A stretch of DNA of 46,722 bases from Catajapyx aquilonaris (GCA_000934665.2 JYFJ02003055.1:1-46722), one strand, 5' to 3'. Counted from the first letter of the stretch, positions 25,901 to 43,273 are shown. Notes: generated by a model from the sequence alone, not told the origin. A program made the numbers and translations.

Positions 25901-27154
25901 GCTGTCACGGACCAAGCAGCCCGAATCGCAACGATTTTCGGACCGATACCCGCGACTATCCGACACCCATTGGGCGACAGGGCGCGACCTGATATTTGGC
26001 ACCTTACACACCATCCAATAGGCCACACACGGCATCCCTGGTCACATCAGCCAATCAGAGGCGACAATTCATGCCTTTAACCAATAACAGGAGTCAATTC
26101 GTTACTTCAACCAATCAGATGCCATCAGGGTTGCCACGAGCCAATCAGAAGCGACAATGCATGCCTTCAGCCAATCAGAAGCCACATTTCATGCCTTCAA
26201 GCACTTAAGATTCGAGCAGGGTTGCCATGAGCCAATCAGAAGAGACGATTCATGCCTTTTAGCGAATTAGAAATCACGATATGTGTCTTCGGCCAATCAA
26301 ATTCGAGCAGGGTTGCCATGAGTCAATCAGCGGCGACTATTCGTGCCTTTAGCGAATTGGAAACCACAATTTGTGGCTTCAACCAATCATATTCGAGCAG
26401 GATGGCCAGGAGCCAATCAGATGCGACGATTAATTAAACAAATCACAGGAGGCAGTAATTTGTGCCTTCAACCAATCACAGGAGGCAATTCGTGCCTTCA
26501 ACCAATCACAGGAGGCAATTCGTGCCTTCAACCAATCAAATTCGCGCAGGGTGACCAGGATCTAATCAGAAGCTACAATTCATGCATTTAACCAATAAGA
26601 AGCGATCATTCATGCCTTTAGCGAATTAGAAACCACAATTTGTGCCTTCAACTAATCATATTCGAGCAGGATTGCCATGAACCAATCAGCGGCGACTATT
26701 CATGCCTTTAGCGAATTAGAAACCACGATTTGTAACTTCAACCAATCAGATTCGCGCAGGGTAGCCACGAGCCAATCAGAGGCGACAATTCATGTCTACA
26801 GCCAATCGGATGGCCAGAAAGTGTAGCCAATAATAGCGTGACCCGCAATGTAGCCAAATACGCAGGGTAGCCATAACTTACCTTCATGTCCTCGTCTGAT
26901 GCCTCTCGTTTGACCCTGACTGTGCCCTGTGGCTGCTCCAGGGTGCCCTGCTGGGGCGAGGCTCGGCTGGTCATCGGGGGCAGCGGTGGTGTGACGGGTA
27001 CACCAGGAGGGTCAGTCACATACCGGGTGTTCGCACGTGGTGTGGCCTCGACAGCTCCCTCGATGCCGATCCGACTCGTAGCTCCCCACGAGCCTGACTG
27101 AGCTGGAACCAGCCCCAGACGTGGGAGATCCCCCTCAGCTTGGCGCCTGTTCAT
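13937..27154 (-). CDS. Sobp: Sine oculis-binding protein homolog (FCS zinc fingers, proline-rich), 4 exons, ~647 aa
   Basis: Exons 27154 (or 26974)-26882, 19995-19812, 16282-16039, 15179-13937, frame-consistent. Conserved [31 protein letters not shown]...[29 protein letters not shown]...[20 protein letters not shown] and [13 protein letters not shown]. Start codon uncertain. Confidence 0.92.
15335..15990. repeat. Degenerate AACGTTACG satellite, block 3 (Sobp intron 3)
   Basis: Same motif family. Includes an internal ~110-120 bp tandem duplication (TCTGAACGTCACTGGTTACGTTT...GTCGAACGTTACG) at about 15703-15940. Confidence 0.8.
17130..17203. repeat. Inverted repeat hairpin (MITE-derived)
   Basis: AACGTAAGTAGGAACGGTCAGCCAATCAG (17130-17158) vs its inverse 17173-17203, with a 2-nt indel. 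Followed by GTGTAAACGGGCCTTAA, which resembles the end of the 12019-12101 element. Confidence 0.65.
18132..18192. repeat. 12-bp minisatellite (TATTTCTACGAG) x5
   Basis: Directly visible. Confidence 0.85.
21334..21436. repeat. Four direct copies of (CCGT)ATCTCGCGGACA
   Basis: Copies at 21334, 21361, 21397 and 21426 (last degenerate). Confidence 0.75.
23052..23604. mobile_element. Tc1/mariner (pogo/Tigger-like) non-autonomous MITE
   Basis: TIRs CAGTTGACTCCAGATATAACAG and CTGTTATACTCGGAGTCAACTG (19/22). TA precedes the left end; the right-side TA is not preserved. Subterminal GTTATAAC motifs. Confidence 0.7.
23645..23790. repeat. Degenerate (TTCG/TTTG)n microsatellite
   Basis: Directly visible. 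Confidence 0.8.
26015..26832 (+). repeat. 30-bp-period CCAAT minisatellite with ~90-bp higher-order unit
   Basis: 19 CCAAT cores, nearly all on a ~30-bp register (26051, 26081, 26111, 26141, 26171, 26232, 26293, 26383, 26413, 26472, 26502, 26532, 26592, 26682, 26742, 26772, 26802). Confidence 0.85.
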
Positions 27155-27815
27155 TGGTCGCACGGAAGGAAAGACCAGCTAGTCCGGATACTCAATAGAT
27201 TGTTGACTATTGTTAGCTAACTAGCAGAATATTCCCTATTTTTTCGCGCAGTTTTTTTCTTCTGGGAGAAGCCAAGAAAAGCCTGGAAGCAGATCGAGTT
27301 ACTGCGTAGCTTGATCTGGTTGAACTTCCTGCTTACTGAGGGCTACATAGAAACAGTTTCTTGAGAGTGTACCGCCCACCCACAGTTTGCAAAAAAGGAC
27401 CGTTGAGATAATTTACTTTACACCAGATTTTCTTACGGTTTAATTAGGTACAGCCAGTATCGGGTGACTATGGGTTGAATGTACCCTGTCACGTATCCGG
27501 GCGGTGCTGTACGATGCACACATACATCACATATCCCTGCCCACATATCAACACACATATATGGTACGCACTTTATGATTCCGTGACTGGAAGGAGTTTG
27601 CGCCAACTAGCCAAACCCGCAATTAAATGGGCGTATGCCAACCATGCCCCGCTAGACGCATCGTAATTCAACCATAATAAAGACGTTCAATGAAAAAAGA
27701 CAACGACCAAAGACAAACCGTGTGAACTTTGTCAATACTGTCCATAGCAACGCTTGTTTACTTTGTTAGAGACTGTGTGTTTCTATGACTACAGCAGCTC
27801 GCGGTAGTAAAAGAA

Positions 27816-29586
27816 ATGGAGGACGGTAAGATGAGAGTGTCTGGGGGTGGCTGTCTCGATATCTGGAGTTTGCACCGTTGCAGAGGTTTCTGGTTTCAGA
27901 TTCCGACGTGCCTCCACTGGAAGACTGCTCCCAGGCATTCCTGGACACCCGCTGGGGTTTTGCCACCGGAGACACCGCGGGTTGCCAGTCCAACCAAGAG
28001 GAGGAGGATTCTGTTTCTGATGCTGGTGGTGGTGGTGGAGTAGACAAGACCATCATCAAGGAGGAGGTGTCTTTTGGGGCCTTCAAGAAGGGCTTCCTGG
28101 ACAGTGGAAAGAAAAAGCAGAAGAGGAAAGAGGTGTGGACAGTTCTGCGAATTTGTGCTGTTGGATTAATCTTATCACATGATGTGTGTGTCATGCATAC
28201 TGTACAGCCACTGCTAGAAAAGAATCCTGTGGCATTTGGGGATCCAGAGGATGTCCTATGCCCTATGGATACTATACTTGGAAAAATTGGTTAAAAACTG
28301 TACATGAATGGGGCCAAAAAATTATTGTCAGTTGTGATGTGGCAGTTGCTGCCAGGGTGTTGCATAATAGCCTGAAAGTATGGTTGATGGACGTTGCACA
28401 ATAGACCTGAAGCCAGGTGGCATATTATGTCACCGGAAAACTGAAATTTAACCCCAAGGTGACTCCCCACTTGTTTCTTTGGCAGGAAGATGCGATCAAA
28501 GAAATAGGAGCATCCGGTTCTAAGGAGAGTGGGTTACCTGAAATGCTGCGGTTGGACCCACCGGCCGGAGGTAACCAGCAGCAGGAGAGGGTGTCAGCCT
28601 GGATGCAGAACCATCCGGATATGCTGAAGGCGCTGATGAGCCCCAATTTTGAGTGGTTGCTTGATGGGTTGCAGAAGGATCCGATGAGGACCTTAGAGCT
28701 GATGGTGACCATGCCAGAGTTGCAGAAGTTGTTTGGAGCCATCATGCAGGAGATCTTACTAGGTGCGCATATCTGGCAACAACTATGACATCATGGCTAC
28801 GTAACTATAATTAGTATTACTACATTATTAGCTTGGCACCTTTGACCCTCAATCTGGTGCACAGCAATAGGACCGTGAAGATCCTGCGTCATATGCTGAT
28901 ATGATAAGGCAAACTATATACGCTTCATAAATGTGCACTACGCTGTCTGCGGTAGCTACACGTGTCCAGTTCACTATCAATGTGGCCTCGATCTGCTTTG
29001 GTTACACAATTCTCAGCTAAAATAAGGTCAACATCAGGAAAACACTGGTTAAAAAAAAAACTGCATGACCCGGAAGAATTGTTTGGAGGCCAAAAAAACA
29101 AACATGCTTAACAGACAGTCAACAGTAGATCAATAAAAATATTTACACAATAGTACTTGAAGAAGGTAGCAATAAGTAAGCTATCATTTGAACATGATGC
29201 TTCTTATCAGCTTTGAACTTTGGAAAGGAGGTTTGGGGGCGGGTTTTTGATAGCGAACTATCTCTTTTCTGGTTGCTGACTTATTCAGAGGACAACGCAC
29301 ATCAGGAGGAAGCAGCGATGCAGCTGGATCCAGATCCGGAAGTGAAGGCAGTTCTGGAACAACCAGGAGTCGTCGAAGCACTGCAAGATCCGAGGGTCAA
29401 GTCGCTTCTGGATAAGCTACGCGCAGGGGACCAGAGTGGAATCGACCTGTAAGTAATATCCATCTGCCGAAATACAGCTTCATGACAGTTTGGATCTTTC
29501 TCGTCAGAGTCATGAGAACAGCCGACGCAGACCTGAAGGCGAAGATCCAGATATTGCTACAACATAGGTTGCTGGCATTCTCTTGA
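27816..29586 (+). CDS. Uncharacterised protein with two STI1/HOP-DP-like helical regions, 5 exons, ~252 aa
   Basis: Exons 27816-27825, 27900-28132, 28486-28762, 29289-29448, 29508-29586; all GT-AG and frame-consistent (759 nt). Motifs MEDDSDVPPLED, FGAFKKGFL, NHPDMLKALMSPNF..LQKDP, DPEVKAVLEQPGVVEALQDPRVKSLL, KAKIQILLQHRLLAFS. Confidence 0.75.
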
Positions 29587-32524
29587 AAGAAAAGGTAGAG
29601 TATTGCAGTCATGTTATTATTTTCCATTCACAACATTGTACAATAATACGAGTTTGCACTTGTAATGGCTAAAAGTGATATAAAACTTTCCATCACTGCA
29701 GTCAAGCAGTTCAGATCACAAGGCTTTCACGGAACCCTACCAGGACCAGACTATAATCATATTTTTAAAAAAGAATTTGCATAAGTATCGACAAATGGAA
29801 GCCACATCAAGCACAGACATGATTCGCTATGCTGGTTTTTCTCCATAGTTACATGCTACGTGTAATAACATGCTCACATCACACTTGTCACGCATTGTAC
29901 AAAATGCTTCTCTGCATGTCGCTTTGTGCATATGTTGTGCAAGAATGCAAACCAAGTGATTGTCCAACATAATTATACTCACAATCAGTATAAATCTAAC
30001 AGACTATCACGTACTACAAAGAGTACTGGAAAGAATCCATGAAATTTAGCGGCAGCAAATGTTTCGCAAGAACACCGCGATAAGTCCTGTTAGGGTCAAA
30101 ATTGTCATAAATAGTGGAGGGGGGCGAAAAAAATACCAGTCCTTCACAAAGTAACGGACTTAATATTTTAAAAATCTCACAAGTATATTCTACTCAGGGA
30201 AAAAAAAAAATGACAAGCAAGAAAACCACATTGAAAAAACTGGGGGGGAGGAGGCGATGCATCGTAAAACACTTCTCGAATCACAAAGTCAGAGCCCTTA
30301 TATAACAGACTGGGGTCATAACAGTGTATCAAATGACCCAGCTGGAAATGCCACTTTGAATGAAAGCTTTCTTTCTGTCCGGTCCAGAGGTGATCACATC
30401 CATCCAAGGCCACAGCCACATAATTTACAGAGAGGTCCTACATTTCGAAAGTCAAGGCATATCGCTTCCACTTCGCTCACACCGAGTTATGAAAAAATAT
30501 CGGCTATTTTCCTTTCTAGCTCTGCGTACAACTATGTTTATTACCCCTCTTCCAACGTCCTTCATTTTAAATGTATACCTCGGACTGATGAGATGCCGCC
30601 GAAGTGATTAGATTGGTCTCATCATATTTTTAGGAACTACCGGTACCTGCGAACATGCTACGACTGCATAAGTGTTGTGGATTATGCATAATGTAGGATG
30701 CATTATATCGGACGTTTATTAGGCAGGCCACTGATTTTAGCTTCAATTATAATTTGCACTGCTTACTGTCCTTGCCATTTCGCAAGTATAGCAGCACTAA
30801 TGAAGTCATGTACCACGTGCTATAAAACTCATTAATACGTATATTCTGTGAGTGATGATGTCACCAGATTTTCTGAGAATGGTTACGGCAGTCGATATCT
30901 TGGTGCCTATACACATAGCTTCGTACTTTAAAATCACTGAGGATATAATTTATTTAGGCAACATTAAACCACAGTCATAAGTCCTCCTTTGAAAACAGTC
31001 TAAATTTCGTTTATATAAAGACAGGAAGCAAGTTTTTATCACTTTGTCCTCCCTTGAAAATCTGGCCAAGGAAAAAGAGGCCAGATGACCCAAACTGCAA
31101 CACACTTGAGAAGCATTCGATTCGCAGGTGTTTAAAACTGTTCAAGTTGTCACACCGAATGGCTGCAGTTGGAAGCTACAAAAACAGAAGCAATAGAAAT
31201 TAGAAACCATTATGACACTTTGTTCTTATTTCATTCCCCGATCCCCCCTTTTCCTCACAAAACTGATAAAGAGTCATGAAAATGGCGCTCACCTTACTTG
31301 ACTAGACTAGAACGCTTCCACCTTGAGGATAGTGCGACGATGGAGAGACGACCACAGTGTCGGTGCCTTGCACGGGAGGACACCTACTGTCATCCGAAGC
31401 TGCTGGAGACATTTCCATACAGTCTCTTTCAGAGGAAGGTGTGTCGTAACCTTGGAAAGAACAAAGGAAAAGGTAGGTTGCGTAAGAGCACGACAACAAC
31501 ATATTGTAACATCTATGTTATCATGCGGCACACGAGGCAGGGAGAGGAATTCTCTACGAGAGGTCTAACACAGGGTTATCAATTAAATTTTAAGTGGGGA
31601 CAGGAATCTTATCTAAAATTGTATTAGAAGAATGAGGCTCTTGAAGTTTCAAATTTGCTAAAAATGTCTAAGTACAAAAAAGTTTTCCAACTCATTCGAG
31701 AACGATATTAAGTTTCATAAGATGCACGAACTGCAAAACTTGGTAGGCTTCCCTTTCACGACAACATGCGTTAACTTAAATTAAGGCATTTTTTCTGATG
31801 GTTCTCATGCACTAGATATTACGATTACATCAATCTGGGAGCGGCTGATAAAGCAACACTCGAAGTAAATCCCGATCAGGGGGGCTTCGGATAAATCTTA
31901 TCAATTGGATAACTTCAAACAGATTTCAAGCACATTTAATTAAACAAAATAACAACAAAAAAAAAAACAATGAACATCATAATGACACATGCTCATGGGT
32001 GGAAAATGTACGGGGAAACCTGTCTGTATTGGAGACTGGTTTTCCGATGAACTGAACAATTATCATCAGGTCCAACATTGACTACGACAAAACAAACTTC
32101 AGCAATATAAAAGTCTCTGCAATGCTCCATTACAGACAAGTTTCACTTACGGAAGAGTAGATTCATGTACACTTATGTGCGAGAGTCTAGGCAGCTCCAG
32201 TGTGAGTGCCTTGATGTGCGAGTGAATGTAAACACTAGGAGCACAAACGCTACTTCTGCAGCCACAGGTACGGTTTAATCAACATGCCTTCAAAATTATG
32301 TTCTGCACACTCTAGTGCCAATTAGCAAACTGATTATTATTATAACGTTTGATGTCTGGAACAGCTTTTCTTCCTGATTTTTTAAAAAGATCCCAACTAA
32401 ATCACATTCTTCGCTGAATGTCGGAGAAACACACCACGTATTTTTTTTTTGTTTGGATAAAATATGGTACAGTCCATTTTATTCACAACCATCAGTCTGG
32501 AGGGGAAAAATTTCCAAATATATT

Positions 32525-38151
<5,627 letters not shown>

Positions 38152-39102
38152 TGCTGCTGACCTTTGACCTGGAAGCGTTGTGTCTCTAAGCTGCCATCCG
38201 GCTTCACCGACTCCGTAGGACTGAAGCCCGGTGCCAAATGCGACGACAGCGACGCGTCAGTGGCATCTACTGCACCATGATGTCCGGGAGTCTGTTGGGA
38301 TCACATGAGGAAAAAAAAAAAAACAATGTTTATATGATTACCGTTATGTACACGATAAGATTACCGAACCACCAGCGTCTCGAACGCGTTCAGAATATTT
38401 CACATCATATATGGCTGGATATTCGCCAAATTTTGGCCAGAAATTGGCGCCCTAGTTCCTTATGTCGTCATTAGTTTTTTTTTTAAAAAGCAGTTTATCC
38501 ATGTAGTTAATTAGTTCGACGAACAGCAGGAGGAAAAGTAAGGCTCCATCCTTTGGATATGACCGCAAGTTTTTTTAATGAGCCATTACACATCATTATC
38601 ATCATCTTGCATAATAAAGCAAACAGCTTGAGGAAAAAAAAGTTCGTATGTTACAGCTACATAACCCACTTCCGGAGTACTGAAACTTGGTACGCTTATG
38701 GCTCATATGCTGCTGATTAATGGAAAATTACGATAAGTGCACTATTTGAGTCTAAATGACATTTTTTATTATTTTTCCGATATGAAAACAGGCCGTGCGA
38801 AGAACGGGCTCCACTGCTAGTCGTCATTGTCATGTTGCTTCCATTCTTTCCATATTTGCCTTTATTAGAACAATAGCATTTTTTTTCCATACAGATTATT
38901 CAGAGTCGACCTACATTACTGCCAGCAATTTGTTGGTACAAGCTAGTACTGCCAACCTGACCTCTACGAAGGTTCCGCCAAAAAATTTTCCTTGATGATC
39001 TTTAATCTAATCGGGAAAATGCAAGTTACGTGTCAACTGGTTGTGAAATAGGCTCCAAAGTGCTTCAAACTTCATCGTAGTGTGGTTCGCCCTTCAATAC
39101 CA

Positions 39103-39223
39103 ATAGTCACTTGGTGTATTTGCACCTTTCAATTATTGAAAGGTGCAAATACACCAAGTGACTATATCCGGACTTATATACAAGTACTTGCACTTCCTCA
39201 ATTATTGGGGAAGTGCAAGTACT
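39103..39223. repeat. Two adjacent palindromes with an identical CAATTATTG apex
   Basis: 39103-39165: perfect 31-bp arms with a 1-nt spacer. 39183-39223: 20-bp arms with 1 mismatch. Confidence 0.85.
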
Positions 39224-40307
39224 ACGTACTATGTGAAAACTCCATGTCAATAGTGCCCTTCCGTCTTATGCCTAAGGGGATCATTAGTATGAATGACATG
39301 TACGATTGGCCCTTGTGTAGTACAGGGTGGTACACACTGTTTAAAGTTCTCTGTATGTTCATGCAGGTTTTCTCAGGATTTAGGGTGCACAGCCAGCATA
39401 AAAGTTCTCTGTGTGTTCGTACCGGTTTTCTCATATTTCCGAACAATTAGGGTCATTTACCCCCCCAAAAAACCATTTTTTTTGCACTCATTTCGAACCG
39501 GTTGCTGGAGTCGACAATCCATAATTCATAGCCGCGATTTTGTGGGGCAGTGCGGCGCCCTGAGCTGGCACGCACGCCACACAATATTGATGGGTTATTC
39601 AAGTACGCCGATTGATTGTTTTCAGTTGGCGTCACATGCATTTTGATAATCTCAAAATGTGCAGCTATCACTATTAAAGCGGATGCAGAAGCAAGGCCAA
39701 AAAATTTGCCAGGAAAAAAACAAAGACCCCCGAGCGTCGTCGTGACCTTGAGGATTTGAAGTATGGATCGGCTGACTCCGTCGTGTTTGAAGGAGTTTTT
39801 TTTTAAAATGTCTAATCGATTAAGAGGGGATGGAAAAATGTATAAGCAATACCGTACCTTACTGGACCGATCAGGCAGCTGTTATCAACTGAGAGCATGT
39901 GTTTTTTGAAGATGATGCAATCTAAGCACGTCACACTAGTAATCCAACACCAACTGGTAGAGGGCGGACTACTTTTTTTTTAACATCTAAAAAAAATTAG
40001 ACAGTATGTGGCCAACACACTTCACGCACTGACCGGCAATGCTGTTGCCTCCAGAGGGAGTTGGGACAAGAGAAACGATCCAGAAAAATGGATTTATAAA
40101 AAGAAGTGTGTGTGGGTGTGGAGACTGGCACCATCTGTGGTGGCTCGGTTGTAATGCCAGGAGAGAGTCTGACATCTATTGGGGAGACTTGTTGGGTTGG
40201 AATCAATAGAAAACATGTTGAAATGATGCTCTATTCTCAATTGGGTTCATAATTGAGAATAGAATCGCCTATTCTCAATTATGGATCTACATGCACCGCA
40301 CATGCGG

Positions 40308-41315
40308 TTACGTCCCATCATATATTTTCCACAGTGATATCGCTCGGTCTTTAGAGCCGGCTGCCAGCAGATGAGTTGCGGATGGTGTTGGCTCCCCGGC
40401 GTACGCAATGCACTCGACTGTCTCCTGATGCGAGTCCAACACCGCTAGAGGCTTAAGACATTTCCATGCGAACACCCTGAGGCGTCCGTCCCAACCGCCT
40501 GTTACCATCAGCTTTGAATCCCGCCTTATGGAAGCACAGGCTACTCCGGCGTTGGTGATCTTGAGTGCCTCCTTCGCTTCAAGGGTGCCTCCTTGGCAGC
40601 TGAAGAAATCCAAGTAGTCGGAGCCTCCTGCACACATGCCTTGTGAGCGGGATGAATCATATGCGATGCACATAGGACCTTCGTGCACCTGCAAGACCGA
40701 CATTGGTTTCCGGTTGGCCCAGTCCCACAAGACGACATGGCCACTCTCGTAGGCCGCCAGACACCTGGTGACACCCCCTCCCTGGGCAAACTTGGCAGCC
40801 ATAACTGTGCCGTAACTCTCTGTCGGTGCAGGGAGGCTGCATATGGTGGTGCGTCCTTTAAGGGCCGTCACTGAAAATTCATCCTTCTCCGGTCCCGGTG
40901 ACAGCAACAGGCCGTCGGACGCAGATACAAAATCACACTGGCAGAAACCAGTGCATTGCGACTCAATCTCCCAATCCAGATCCAGGTTGGAGCCCCGGCA
41001 TGCCCAGATTTTAACGGACTCGTAGCGACCCTGTGTCACCAACTTGCCCTCAGCACCGCCGATCCAAAGGCATGTTGACTTATGCGCTTCCTTCTGCCAT
41101 TCAATCCGGTTGGTCTGTAACACACATAATATGTTAATTGAATGTACTTATGAGGTCATTACATCCATACAACTCACAGTAAGATTCCAAGCATAGATGT
41201 TCCCTTGCAGATCGCCAGAAAGCAGCCGGTTTTCCTGTCCAGGGAAGAACAAGGATGTGACCGATCCTGCGCTACCTTGCAGGCAGAACACGGGGTCGGG
41301 CGGAGGGCAAGACAT
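40308..41315 (-). CDS. GNB1L: Guanine nucleotide-binding protein beta-like 1 (WD40; Asa1/GNB1L), 2 exons, ~314 aa
   Basis: Exons 41315-41178 and 41114-40308 (945 nt). MSCPPPDPVFCLQG, LVTQGR, LAAYESGHVVLWD, IRRDSKLMVTGGWDGRLRVFAWK.LKPLAVL, LLAAGSKDRAISLWKIY. Confidence 0.93.
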
Positions 41316-41383
41316 GACCTCAGGTCATTTCAGGTCAAAAAATATCAGACCTTCAACAATCAGAGCCGGTGTCCAATGGCCGC

Positions 41384-41392
41384 CGCCATCTT
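41384..41392 (-). promoter_or_regulatory. YY1/Pho-type motif in the GNB1L leader / bidirectional promoter
   Basis: AAGATGGCG(GC) on the minus strand. A similar AAAATGGCGGC overlaps the SAP18 ATG. Confidence 0.35.
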
Positions 41393-41539
41393 GAAATCCG
41401 GGCTAGTTCGGCCGCCGGACCACAGATGGCAGTCAATGTCGCTTTTATTTTCTTTCAATTTAATTGTAAAATAATTTTAAACATTTTTTAAAAAATGTAA
41501 TAAAATGGGTGCAGAATCAAGATGTTCTGCTCTCATGTG

Positions 41540-42999
41540 GAAAGAGCGAGGAAATTTTACGCGCGGCAAAGGTCTCTCTGTGCTTGCGTGGTATTCTCGG
41601 GGTTCTGTTTGCCCCCTTTCGGATTACACTACCGGTAATTGAATAATAATTAATTAGAATGATGATGATGATTTTATGACTTCATTTCCTACTATCATTA
41701 CTGTGAAGAGCATTGCACATAATATATTCAGGGAAGTTGAAGAATCTTTTATGAGTCAACAGCATTATCTACCGGTAAGGATGGAGCTTTTTTTTTTTTT
41801 TTGTATGACTTATTCTGACTGAGTGTACTTATCAGCTTTCATGCGAAAAACCCTATTCGGTTTTGCCCCCCAACATGGGGTGTGTAGTCACTGGACAATC
41901 CACTCAGTCAGCAGGACCAGCCGTGTGACATTCTGGGCTATACACACACCAGGTGCAACATCTCATCAGGTGAGACAATAATATCACATTCAAGACAATG
42001 TGATCCACACTTTTCCGTTACGTGGAATGATGGACGCTGGGGGCTTCAACCTGTAACAATATTGACATGTCATACTTGCATATAATACTAAGCTCGAGAC
42101 GATCCATACTGTGATGAATAATCATTTTGCCAAATTGCTCTACTTCTACATCATGGTCTATTTATAGCTTTGATATTGTCCGGTGGTGCAGTGCTTGATT
42201 GTTTAAACTAGCAACCAAGAGCGTAACAATTCAGATGCGATTAGCTTTGGTTTGCTGAGCTGTCAACATATTAAATGTGACACATACGTGACATCGCACG
42301 ACGCATTTCGACGGGAGGGAAACCGGGTGTTTCATAACGTCCCAGCTTCCTGCGGGCACCAATTTGGAAGAACATATCGCCCATATGTTGTTAAAGGTTC
42401 TGCATGGCATGGTCATAAACGAGGCCCACTAGCTGGATGCAGGATTTGCACATGAAGCGGAACTGATCCCTTTTTATGGGAGCTTTTGGAGGGAGGCTGG
42501 AAGGCCATTGCTGAATACTAATATGTTACGTCACACTTTAATGTCACTTTTTTTGTGTGTGTGTGACAGGCAGTTTGAACCATAAACGGAACTGACCTTG
42601 GTTTGGGAGGTAAATATTTAGAACTTTTCAAGTTTGATGGGGCTGCTGTATGAAAGTCTATCCACATTTAAAAAATCAACAATGAGTCACATGGGTATGT
42701 ATCCGACAAAATTAAAGCTCCCCCCAGTATCCGGTACAGGAACCAACCCCTATATTTTTTTACCCCCGTCCAGGTGGGTTTCGGGTTTGTATGAAGCAGC
42801 GGGCATCCGGTCCAACGGCCTCCGGTGAGTTGAAAAGAAACAACAACAAGAGTCGTGTGTAATGTTGGTTGAGGGCTCTGTAGGGGACCCCTCTATATCT
42901 GAAGAGAGAGAGAGGCTCAGTCGGGTATCGGACTCAGCGCAGTGAGGTTGTGGCTCTGATGGCGTCCTGTTCAAATGGAAGTGTCAGTGTTCAGTGGTG
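41540..42999 (+). other. Probable spliced 5'UTR exons of the NHS/gukh-like gene
   Basis: Consensus donors after 41634, 41774 and 42609; acceptors before 41732, 42570 and 42774. No coding frame. Confidence 0.4.
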
Positions 43000-43273
43000 A
43001 TGCCGTTCGTGCAAAGGGTGGTCCAACCTGTACATTTAAGCAGGAGGCCGTTGGACCACAATGCAGAAGACCATGAGTTGGCAACGGTCACTAACAACAC
43101 CTTGGTTGGTGCACTCAGGCAATTGGCTAGCCTGGTGCAAGGAGCTGATGAGATTTTTGGTGCTTTGACCCATGAGGCACAGGCGGTGTACCAGAGGATG
43201 CAGGCTCTGAGGGTCAGGGTTCACCGCCTGGAGGACAAAGTTGATTGTCTGGACGCAAAGAGCGTGCCTGTCC
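43000..43273 (+). CDS. NHS-like / GUK-holder family protein, first coding exon (WAVE-homology domain); the rest lies beyond the window
   Basis: MPFVQRVVQPVHLSR...ELATVTNNTLVGALRQLASLVQGADEIFGAL...VHRLEDKVDCLDAKSVPV followed by donor C|GTAAGT. MPFVQRVV and ALRQLASLV fit NHS/gukh better than WAVE/SCAR. Confidence 0.8.

Noticed and set aside
26015..26832. CCAAT array read as CRISPR or as a coding repeat
   Set aside because: The spacers are related to each other (minisatellite) and the ORFs are short and interrupted.
43000..43273. Assignment as WAVE/SCAR (WASF)
   Set aside because: Diagnostic residues fit the NHS/GUK-holder branch better; downstream exons are not visible to confirm.
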